Positions 8,405 through 16,079 of a DNA stretch of 60,690 bases are shown here, piece by piece. A program made the translations under genes and the position numbers. Position 1 is the first letter of the stretch; the number at the start of each line of letters is the position of its first letter. The notes below the pieces were generated by a model. It did not search any database, was not told where the DNA came from, and saw only the letters and a list, made by a program, of their open reading frames with translations. The DNA comes from a virus (lineage: Duplodnaviria > Caudoviricetes): the IMG/VR virus record IMGVR_UViG_3300043676_000044, positions 1 through 60,690 of that record. One strand, 5' to 3'.

Positions 8405-10633
8405 ATGGGTATTATGTTCGGTAATAACGCCCTGTCGACGCTCACCGTGTCGCTGTTCGCGGGCGAGACCACGCTCATCATCGACGCGGCGGATGCGGCG
8501 GCTTTCCCGCAGCCGTCGGCGGCCGGCGATTACTTCCTCGTCACCGTCGAGGATTTGAAGCAGACGCCGATCCAGCGCGAGATCTGCAAATGCACCGGGC
8601 GCACGGGTAACCTGTTTACGGTGGTTCGTGCCCAGGAAGGGTTCGCGGCGAAGGATTTCACCGTCGGCACAACGACCGTGTCCAACCGCGTGACCGCGGC
8701 CACGATGAACATGGCGATCAACCTGCTGCCGCCGGCCGACAGCAAGGTCTACGGCCAGCAGCTAACTACCGTAGGCGGCGTCCCCACCTTCGTCGAGGTG
8801 CTCACCACGCAGGGCCAGCTGACCTTCGGCGGGCCGATCGGGATCGGGAGCACGCCGCCTGCCGGGACGCCGCTGGCGACGCTCTATACCAACGATGTTT
8901 CTCTCAACGGCAATATCGGGTTCAACCAGGTCTGGAACTCCACGGGCACGCCGGGGTGGCGATACCGTGTCGCCGGCGCCGGGGCGCTGTGGGGGTTCGA
9001 TCCCGCCCTCGGGCAGCTCGCGGCCTCGATGTCGCCTTCCGGCGCGGCGGGCGCGGCCGTGACAGGCACCGTGAGTGCGCTGCGGATCAATGCCAAGGGC
9101 CAGGTCGCGGGAGCTAATGTCGGACTGCCGCTTGCCGATGACACGCGCTACACCTGGACGGCGGACAACTTCGCCCTCGAGCCGGGCGGCTATTTCGCTT
9201 TCAATACCTACCTTGGGGCGGGAAGCGTCTGGAAGACCAAAGCCGCCGGCTATAGCGGCCTTATGTCTTTGGACACTGCCTCTGGAAACCTGAATTTCTT
9301 CGTCAACCCGTCAACCTCCGCCGGGACTGCCGTTTCCCTGACCCTCGCCTCGATAATGATGCCGTCGGGCGCGTTGCAGGTGCAGAATACGATTTTCGCG
9401 AACAAGGGCATTTCGTTCGGCAGCTTCAACAGCTGGGAGTATCAGGCTTACGTCACCACCGGCGGCGACCACATCCTGGCGCATCGTGCGGGCTGGTATG
9501 ACCAATGGCAGAGTTCCGGCGGGTCCACGATCTGGGTCCGGTCCAGCGCCAACGCGATGGTGCTCTATGGCAACGGTGACCTGACGGTCGCAGGCGCGCT
9601 GCGGTCGACCAACGCGGCGGCGGGTGTCTGGGCGTCGAGCGACAATTCGCACGGGCACTACACTTCGGGCGGCCGGTGGAAGGTCTGGCAGGTTTCGGCG
9701 GATGGCTGGCGTGTGCAGTGGGACGGCTCGAACGGGCAGCTCGCCTTCGTCAACCAAGCCGGTCAGATACTCTGGTCCGTCGACGGCAGCGGCAATGTCT
9801 GGGCCAGTGGGAACTACACCACCGGCACCGATATCAGCGCCCGCTCGCTGTATGCGAGCGCCACGGTGCAGGGGAACTACCTCTACTCGACTGGCAACAT
9901 TCAGGGCAACGTCGACATAAATTGCAGCCGGAACGTCAACGTCGCGGGCACGGTGACCTCCAACGTCGTGCACGCCACCGGGGTGCTGTACGGCGACCAG
10001 AACGGCCAGTTCGCCGGCAACGTCGTCTCCAACGCCGCGTTCGCGCCCGCTGGATTTTTTGTGGGCGCAAACAACGATACCAGCTGGGGAATGTATTCCG
10101 CCAGCGGGCAGCGCATCTTCCAGTTCGGCGCGGGTGGTTGGTATTGGCAGTGGGACAATAACTCGGGGACGCTGATCTGGTGGAAGGGTAGCCAGCATTT
10201 CTGGGTCATGCGCACCAGCGACAACCTTGCTTACAACGAGCTTGGGGCGGTCGGCGGCAACGGCGCCTATGCCAACTTTTCCGACCGCCGTGGCAAGGAC
10301 GCGATCACCCCCACCGAGCGCGGCCTCGCCGAGGTGTTGCAGCTTCATCCCGTCGAGTTCATCCGCGTTCCGCATCCGGAGCCGCAGGCTGGGGACATTG
10401 TGCCTCAGGCGATCGTCCCGCGCACCGAGATCGGGTTCGTCGCGCAGGACGTGGCAATGGTGGTGCCCGAAGCGGTGGTGGTCATGGGGGCGGCGCTGCC
10501 CGACGGCACCGGCACTCTGGCCGATCCCGAGCCGTCCCTGGGGATGACCTACGACACGATCGTTGCGATCATGGTCAATGCGATTAAGGAACTTAATACG
10601 CGCATCGTCGCGCTGGAAGGAGGGGCGCCGTGA
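8405..10633 (+). CDS. Tail fibre 1 with C-terminal peptidase S74-type chaperone domain
   Basis: N-terminal NNALSTL..REI..VVRAQEG anchor; G/N/W-rich body; SDRRGK..GLAEVLQLHPVEF..IGFVAQDV chaperone. Confidence 0.88.
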   Translation: MGIMFGNNALSTLTVSLFAGETTLIIDAADAAAFPQPSAAGDYFLVTVEDLKQTPIQREICKCTGRTGNLFTVVRAQEGFAAKDFTVGTTTVSNRVTAATMNMAINLLPPADSKVYGQQLTTVGGVPTFVEVLTTQGQLTFGGPIGIGSTPPAGTPLATLYTNDVSLNGNIGFNQVWNSTGTPGWRYRVAGAGALWGFDPALGQLAASMSPSGAAGAAVTGTVSALRINAKGQVAGANVGLPLADDTRYTWTADNFALEPGGYFAFNTYLGAGSVWKTKAAGYSGLMSLDTASGNLNFFVNPSTSAGTAVSLTLASIMMPSGALQVQNTIFANKGISFGSFNSWEYQAYVTTGGDHILAHRAGWYDQWQSSGGSTIWVRSSANAMVLYGNGDLTVAGALRSTNAAAGVWASSDNSHGHYTSGGRWKVWQVSADGWRVQWDGSNGQLAFVNQAGQILWSVDGSGNVWASGNYTTGTDISARSLYASATVQGNYLYSTGNIQGNVDINCSRNVNVAGTVTSNVVHATGVLYGDQNGQFAGNVVSNAAFAPAGFFVGANNDTSWGMYSASGQRIFQFGAGGWYWQWDNNSGTLIWWKGSQHFWVMRTSDNLAYNELGAVGGNGAYANFSDRRGKDAITPTERGLAEVLQLHPVEFIRVPHPEPQAGDIVPQAIVPRTEIGFVAQDVAMVVPEAVVVMGAALPDGTGTLADPEPSLGMTYDTIVAIMVNAIKELNTRIVALEGGAP

Positions 10634-10824
10634 TCAATCTTCTCATATATATCTTAATATTGCTGATTATCTTCAGCGTGATTTTTTACATCATCCGTCT
10701 CATTCCGTTGCCGCCACCGTTCGGGGTCGTCGCGCAGGCGGTCGTGGGATTGATCCTGTTACTGATCCTCATCGATATGTTGCTGGGCGGCAGGTTCGTG
10801 GGTTTTCCGCGGTATGGGCCATGA
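10630..10824 (+). CDS. Two-TM small membrane protein (Thivi_2564-like; holin candidate)
   Basis: Two hydrophobic helices joined by IPLPPPF; next to the candidate endolysin. Confidence 0.65.
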   Translation: MINLLIYILILLIIFSVIFYIIRLIPLPPPFGVVAQAVVGLILLLILIDMLLGGRFVGFPRYGP

Positions 10825-10861
10825 CCGGCAACCCCTTCACCCACTCCATGACGGTGTTCCG

Positions 10862-11230
10862 ATGACCTTCATCGCCGAAGACACCCATGCCCGCCTGGGC
10901 GAAGCCGTCGGCAGTGGCTATTGCATGGCGCATGTCCAGGCCGTCGCCGGCGTGGGCCACTCCTCGACCCTGCACCAGGGCGAGAAGGTGCGTGGCAACG
11001 AAATCCCACCCGGCACCGTGATCGGCACCTTCGATGCCACCGGCTGCTACGCCAACGCCACCGACGGGTCGAGCCATGTCGCCGTGTTGGTCGAGCAGAC
11101 CAAGGATGGGCTGAAAGTGGTCGATCAATGGCAAGGCCAGCCCGTGCACGAGCGGCTGATCCGGTTCAAGGGCGGTCGAGGCCCCGCCTGCGACGACGGC
11201 GATCAGTACCACGTCGTTGAAGCCGCATGA
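10862..11230 (+). CDS. Cys/His peptidoglycan amidase, BPSL0067/Tae2-like (endolysin candidate)
   Basis: VGSGYC..GEKVRG..GTVIGTFD..SHVAV..VVDQW..DDGDQYHVVE pattern. Confidence 0.72.
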   Translation: MTFIAEDTHARLGEAVGSGYCMAHVQAVAGVGHSSTLHQGEKVRGNEIPPGTVIGTFDATGCYANATDGSSHVAVLVEQTKDGLKVVDQWQGQPVHERLIRFKGGRGPACDDGDQYHVVEAA

Positions 11231-11492
11231 TCCTAAATTCTCCATGCTCCGGGCCGCGTTCTGGCTGCTCGCCGCCGTCGTGGGCGTGCAACTCGTGGTC
11301 ACTTTCGGTGTCGGTGCCGGGTGCCTCTGGCTGGTCATATCCGGCGCCTACCGCATCGGCGCCTGCGAGAACGTCAGCGGCCAGATCCGCGAGGTCTGGG
11401 CTGAAGCCATGGCCGCGATCCTGGCCCTCCTGCTTGCCGCCGGCGCCGGGCCGAAGCCGCCCGCCCCGCCACCAACGGGGGACGAGCCGTGA
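11217..11492 (+). CDS. Small membrane protein of the lysis cassette (start uncertain)
   Basis: Two hydrophobic segments and a Pro-rich tail. Confidence 0.55.
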   Translation: MKPHDPKFSMLRAAFWLLAAVVGVQLVVTFGVGAGCLWLVISGAYRIGACENVSGQIREVWAEAMAAILALLLAAGAGPKPPAPPPTGDEP

Positions 11493-11552
11493 CAACGTTC
11501 GTCCAATTCCGTCCGTGCCTACCTCATCATCATCAACCAGAAGGAATTAATC

Positions 11553-12065
11553 ATGCCTACAGTTCGTATCACGGGCGGCGTCCTCAACGTCCAGGCGGTC
11601 GGCACCCCCGACAATACCCTGCCGGGCGGTGGCGGAGGCCCGGTCGATCCCGGCTACGGCATCCCCGAGGGACGGCCTGACAACACCCTGCCGGGCGGCG
11701 GGTTGGGCTTCTGGGGCGGCCAAGCACCGCCACACGTCGATAACACGCTGCCCGGCCTGCCGGTCGGCCCCAATCAGGACCTGCCGTTGCCGCCGAACTA
11801 CCCCGACAATTCACTACCGCCCATCGTCGGACACCCCGATCTTCCGCCGCCACTTATCCCAGCCCATCCGATCTATCCTGTTCCGCCTGCGGCAGAGACG
11901 CCGCCGCTTGGCGCGGTTTATCCGCCCCTGCCTTATGCCAGTCAGGATGGCAGCGGCACCACGGCGATCATGGTCGTTACGATGGGTGTTTGGGGTCAAC
12001 GCTATGTCAGCATTGATCCTTCGTTGCAGTGGCCGGGGACGCCTCCGGCGCAACCGAAGGGTTAA
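11553..12065 (+). CDS. Proline-rich protein with DN(T/S)LP repeats
   Basis: PDNTLP twice, VDNTLP, PDNSLP; AAGGA RBS. Confidence 0.75.
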   Translation: MPTVRITGGVLNVQAVGTPDNTLPGGGGGPVDPGYGIPEGRPDNTLPGGGLGFWGGQAPPHVDNTLPGLPVGPNQDLPLPPNYPDNSLPPIVGHPDLPPPLIPAHPIYPVPPAAETPPLGAVYPPLPYASQDGSGTTAIMVVTMGVWGQRYVSIDPSLQWPGTPPAQPKG

Positions 12066-12074
12066 CACAACAAC

Positions 12075-12098
12075 GGGCGCGGGAATTAACCCGCGCCC
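12075..12098. other. Perfect 9-bp hairpin between genes
   Basis: GGGCGCGGG-AATTAA-CCCGCGCCC, no U tract, immediately before the AGGAGG RBS. Confidence 0.6.
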
Positions 12099-12110
12099 AT
12101 AGGAGGCCCA

Positions 12111-12860
12111 ATGCGTCCGCTTCTCGTTACCGGCGTCATCGCCAGCGCCGCCTTCAGCGCCGCCATCGCCCTCTCGCCCCACCCGGCGCATGCGACATTG
12201 CAAATCGCCGCCACGATCAACGGCAGCAGCTTCCTGTGTGTGGACAACGCAGCCTGCGACAACAACGGTGCCACCGGCACGATTGAGCTGTCGAACCAGA
12301 TCATCGGCGGCATCACCGTCGATGGCAGCATCCAGACATCGCGGGGTACACCGGCTAATCCGGGGCCACTCGATATCCTCAACACGTCGTCACTGAGCAT
12401 CATAAACTCTACTGCGAGCACGATCACGGGCGCGGTGGCAGTGAGCGATACCAGCTTCACGGCACCCGTGTCGTCGGTTGCCCTCTCAGCGTCAGGCGTG
12501 TGGGAGACAGCAGTCGGCAGCAGTGCGACATTGCAATGGTACGCTGACACGGCGAACGCACAGGGCGCGGACAACGCCACCGACGCGCCGGGCACGCTGC
12601 TCGATACGTTCGTATCCAGCGCCGTCGTGGTGGCGGACAGCCTCTCGGACAACAACACTGCGCCGTTCTCCGCCCTCGCACCGTTCTCCATGACCGAGAC
12701 GGTGGCCTTCTCGCTGACATCAGGCGGGACGCTGCTCAATCGCGGCCAGACCATGCTGGCGGCGGTCGATACCCCGGAGCCGGCTTCCATGGCGTTGCTA
12801 TGGGCAGGGCTGGTGGCGCTGGGCGTCGTTCGCCCGCGCGTGCGGGTCCGGGGCTCATGA
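12111..12860 (+). CDS. PEP-CTERM surface-sorted secreted protein
   Basis: Signal peptide ending AHA; S/T/A-rich body; TPEPASMALLWAGLVALGVV + RPRVRVR. Confidence 0.9.
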   Translation: MRPLLVTGVIASAAFSAAIALSPHPAHATLQIAATINGSSFLCVDNAACDNNGATGTIELSNQIIGGITVDGSIQTSRGTPANPGPLDILNTSSLSIINSTASTITGAVAVSDTSFTAPVSSVALSASGVWETAVGSSATLQWYADTANAQGADNATDAPGTLLDTFVSSAVVVADSLSDNNTAPFSALAPFSMTETVAFSLTSGGTLLNRGQTMLAAVDTPEPASMALLWAGLVALGVVRPRVRVRGS

Positions 12861-12896
12861 CTCTGTGACCAACTACCGTAATTATAGGAGGAACCA

Positions 12897-13094
12897 ATGC
12901 CGCAACCGAACGTGCAACTCGCGACCCCGCCCGAGGTCCCGCTCGGGGTCACCTTGACCTTTGCCGAGTGGCAGATGGTGGTAGGCCAGCTCGGCCAGGG
13001 GCCGTATCAACAGGTCGCGGCGCTGATCGACAAGATCTCGCGCCATGTCAGCCAGCGCATCGAGGAGTTCCACGCCAAGCAGGAGAGCGCGTGA
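12897..13094 (+). CDS. Hypothetical protein
   Basis: AGGAGG RBS; EWQMVVGQLGQGPYQQVAALIDKI helix. Confidence 0.7.
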   Translation: MPQPNVQLATPPEVPLGVTLTFAEWQMVVGQLGQGPYQQVAALIDKISRHVSQRIEEFHAKQESA

Positions 13095-13393
13095 TGGCCA
13101 AAGCCAATCCGTTCGCGGCCAAGGGCAAGGCAAAGGGGGCGGGCGGCAACCCGTTCGCCAAGGGAAGGGTGCCGACGACCAAGGGGCCGCCCGCCAATGA
13201 TCCGCTCGCGGCGGGCGGGGGCGGCGGCCCGCCGATCCCTATGGGGCCTGGTTTCGCCAAGGGCGGCAAGGTCGACCCGTGGGACAAGACCTCACGGGGC
13301 AAGAAGGATGCCGCTTTCGACAAGAAGATGGGCATCAAGCCGGGTTCTGCGACCGACAACAAGATCGACCGCCTCGTCAAGGGGAAGCGGTGA
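13094..13393 (+). CDS. Small basic protein with FAKGGKV motif
   Basis: TGATG coupling; K/G-rich. Confidence 0.7.
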   Translation: MAKANPFAAKGKAKGAGGNPFAKGRVPTTKGPPANDPLAAGGGGGPPIPMGPGFAKGGKVDPWDKTSRGKKDAAFDKKMGIKPGSATDNKIDRLVKGKR

Positions 13394-13563
13394 AACGCGG
13401 CGGCTCGATCAGGCGCGTGGCGGGCAAACCCATCGGCAAGGATGACGGGCTGATCCCGGCGCAGGTCGGTGAGTATGTCATCCGCAGGAGCGCGGTGAAG
13501 AAGCTCGGCACCAAGGCGCTCGACCGGATCAACAAGGGGAAGCTCCCGAAAGGAGCGCGCTGA
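13390..13563 (+). CDS. Small basic protein (KRGGSI..IPAQVGEYVIRRSAV)
   Basis: GTG start overlapping the previous stop. Confidence 0.65.
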   Translation: MKRGGSIRRVAGKPIGKDDGLIPAQVGEYVIRRSAVKKLGTKALDRINKGKLPKGAR

Positions 13564-13564
13564 G

Positions 13565-13972
13565 ATGGCGAATAAATCAGGGCTCATGTCTGGCGACATT
13601 CCGGACAACGCCACATGGGCTAAGGGCGGCAAGGTCCATAAGGTCCGCAAGGTCAAGGGTTACGACGGCGGCGGCTTCGTCGAGGGTATGACCGGGATGA
13701 TGTCGGCCATCGGCCAGGGCTACGACATGATGAACAAGGTCAAGAAGGCGCGTAAGGAGAGCGGCTCGGATACGTCCTCGGTGGCCAAGGACTCCGTCGC
13801 GGCGGGGTCGTCAGTGTCCAAGTCGGACCCGCAGGATACCGCGACCCCCAAGTCGAGCGCACCGCCGCGGGTCAAGGACGACGACGCCGGCTCCACCAGC
13901 TTCGCCAGGGGCGGTAAGGTCAACCGGGTGATGGATCACCGCAGCCAGTACATGAAGAAGGGAAAACGCTGA
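13565..13972 (+). CDS. Basic protein with three (W/Y/F)xxGGxV motifs
   Basis: WAKGGKV, YDGGGFV, FARGGKV. Confidence 0.7.
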   Translation: MANKSGLMSGDIPDNATWAKGGKVHKVRKVKGYDGGGFVEGMTGMMSAIGQGYDMMNKVKKARKESGSDTSSVAKDSVAAGSSVSKSDPQDTATPKSSAPPRVKDDDAGSTSFARGGKVNRVMDHRSQYMKKGKR

Positions 13973-14118
13973 TGGTCGGGCATGTCGTCAGGAACCGCCT
14001 CGCGGCCGAGGCCGCCGAGGCCAGGAAGGAGGACGCGGCGCATCACCGGGCCGCGCCCAAGAAGAAAGTGCCCGACAAGCCGGAACCCAAGGCGGCCGAA
14101 AAAGGGAAGGACAAGTGA
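13972..14118 (+). CDS. 48-aa charged peptide (below the ORF-track cutoff)
   Basis: TGATG coupling at both ends: MVGHVVRNRLAAEAAEARKE..KGKDK. Confidence 0.55.
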   Translation: MVGHVVRNRLAAEAAEARKEDAAHHRAAPKKKVPDKPEPKAAEKGKDK

Positions 14119-14297
14119 TGGCGAAAGGTAAAGGCAAGACGCGCTCGTCGGGCAGTGGCAGCCCGTCGTTCAACTCCGGTGGTTCCGGCGGCAGTTCGCT
14201 CAGCCAGCGCGCGATCCCCGGCCCCGCCAGCACCGGTGGCCCGGTCTCGCTGAAGAAGGCGCTGGCCAAGAAGGCGCCGCGTGGAAAGGGCATCTGA
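14118..14297 (+). CDS. Small basic Ser/Gly/Lys-rich protein
   Basis: Coupled ORF MAKGKGKTR.. Confidence 0.6.
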   Translation: MAKGKGKTRSSGSGSPSFNSGGSGGSSLSQRAIPGPASTGGPVSLKKALAKKAPRGKGI

Positions 14298-14312
14298 AGG
14301 GAATTACCGTAA

Positions 14313-16079
14313 TTGCCGGCACTCGTCCTCAAAGGCTTCGGCGGCACCATCCCACGGATGAACCCGCGTTTGCTGCCCGACGTGCAGGCGTCGGAGGCGT
14401 GGAACTGCGACCTCGATAGCGGCGCCATCGCCGGGCTGCCGATGCCCAAGCTCATCAAGGATTTGACCGGTGCACTGCCCGGCAAGACGGTGAAGAAGGC
14501 GTATCGCCTGCCCGCGCCGCCGCCAGGCGGGCCGGATGCCTGGCTGCCGCTGCCTGACGAGGCGTCGAGCGTGGTGCGTTCGCCGCTTACCAATGACAGC
14601 CTGCACCGGATCTACTGGACCAACCCGAACGACGGTGCCTACTGGAGCACCTACGCGATGATCACGGCGGGCACCCCGCCATATAATCTCGGCTTCATCG
14701 CGCCCAGCACGTCCTATTCGCTTACTGTCTCGGCGTCCGGGGGAACTACCGACGGCAGCCTGCCGCTGGTGTCGCGCACCTATTTGTTCACCTACATCGA
14801 CACCTACGGCGAGGAGAGCAGCCCCTCGGGTCCCTCGGCGGTGGTGACTGGCGCCAGCGACGGTAATTGGACGATCTCGGGGATACCGACCGCACCGCCC
14901 GCCGCCGTGGCGGGCAAGAACTACCCGGCGGTCGCCCGCGTGCGCCTGTATCGCACGGTCACCGGCCAGAACACCGGGGCGCAGTTCTATCAAGTGCAGG
15001 AATGGCCGCTCCCGTCGGGTCCGGCTGGCGGCGTGTTCGTGGACACCATTGTCGACAGCCTGATCGTCTACTCCAACCCGCTGCCTTCCTCGTCCTGGGC
15101 ATCGCCGCCCGACGGGCTTGACGGGCTGGTCGCGATGACCTCGGGGATGCTGATCGGGTTCACCGGCAACACCGTGCATTTCTGCGAGCCCAACCGCCCG
15201 CACGCATGGCCCGCCGCCTATGATCTCTCGGTGCAATACCAGATCGTGGCACTCGCGGTGTGGCAGCAGAGCCTGATGATCCTGACGCAGGGATACCCCA
15301 GCAGCGGGACAGGCAACACCCCGGCCAATTTTGTGCTCAGCCAGATCCAGGTCGCCGAGCCGTGCATCGCGCGCAACTCGGTGGTGACCGACCTTCTGGG
15401 CGTCTACTATGCGAGCCAGAACGGCATCCAGGTGCTGACCTATTTCGGCATCCAGAACCAGACCTTGCAGCTGATGAGCAAGAATATCTGGATGAATAAG
15501 TTCGAAGCCAACAGCATCAGCGCCTGCCGCCACCGCCAGCAATACCTCGCGGTGATCGACGACGGCACCGGTTTCATCATCGACTACGCCGAGAACCGCC
15601 TCGGCCTGGTGCAGCTCAGCACCGTGGATGGCGTCGTCTCGGTGTGGAACGATGTCTACACCGGCGATGCCTACATGATGCAGAAGGAGAAGGTCTATCT
15701 ATGGGACGGCCCTTACGAGCCGCCGCTGGCGTATCGCTGGAAGTCCAAGGAGTTCTACCTGCCCGCGCCGGTGAATTTCGCCGTCGTGCAGGTCTCGATG
15801 TCCGACTACGTCTACGGGTTGCCTGCGCCGCCGATCATCAATCCGTTGGCCAGCCCCATAAATGTCGGCGAGACCGAGCTGCCTGACGGCGCGCTGGCGA
15901 TCTTCCGGGTCTATTTCCACTACCAGCTGGTCTACCAGACCTGGCTGACTTCGCCGCGGCCGATCTTCAAGCTGCCGTCCGGGTATAAGGGTTTTACCTG
16001 GCAGTTCGAGATCGTCGCGCGCGTGCCGATCTACTCGATCGAGATCGCCACCACGGCGCAGGAGCTGAAGGGGGTCTGA
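14313..16079 (+). CDS. Probable tail nozzle/stabilisation (beta-propeller) protein
   Basis: GFGGTIPRMNPRLLP start; YLFTYIDTYGEES, HFCEPNRPHAWP, YRWKSKEF patterns of podophage tail proteins; TTG start inside a motif copy. Confidence 0.72.
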   Translation: MPALVLKGFGGTIPRMNPRLLPDVQASEAWNCDLDSGAIAGLPMPKLIKDLTGALPGKTVKKAYRLPAPPPGGPDAWLPLPDEASSVVRSPLTNDSLHRIYWTNPNDGAYWSTYAMITAGTPPYNLGFIAPSTSYSLTVSASGGTTDGSLPLVSRTYLFTYIDTYGEESSPSGPSAVVTGASDGNWTISGIPTAPPAAVAGKNYPAVARVRLYRTVTGQNTGAQFYQVQEWPLPSGPAGGVFVDTIVDSLIVYSNPLPSSSWASPPDGLDGLVAMTSGMLIGFTGNTVHFCEPNRPHAWPAAYDLSVQYQIVALAVWQQSLMILTQGYPSSGTGNTPANFVLSQIQVAEPCIARNSVVTDLLGVYYASQNGIQVLTYFGIQNQTLQLMSKNIWMNKFEANSISACRHRQQYLAVIDDGTGFIIDYAENRLGLVQLSTVDGVVSVWNDVYTGDAYMMQKEKVYLWDGPYEPPLAYRWKSKEFYLPAPVNFAVVQVSMSDYVYGLPAPPIINPLASPINVGETELPDGALAIFRVYFHYQLVYQTWLTSPRPIFKLPSGYKGFTWQFEIVARVPIYSIEIATTAQELKGV

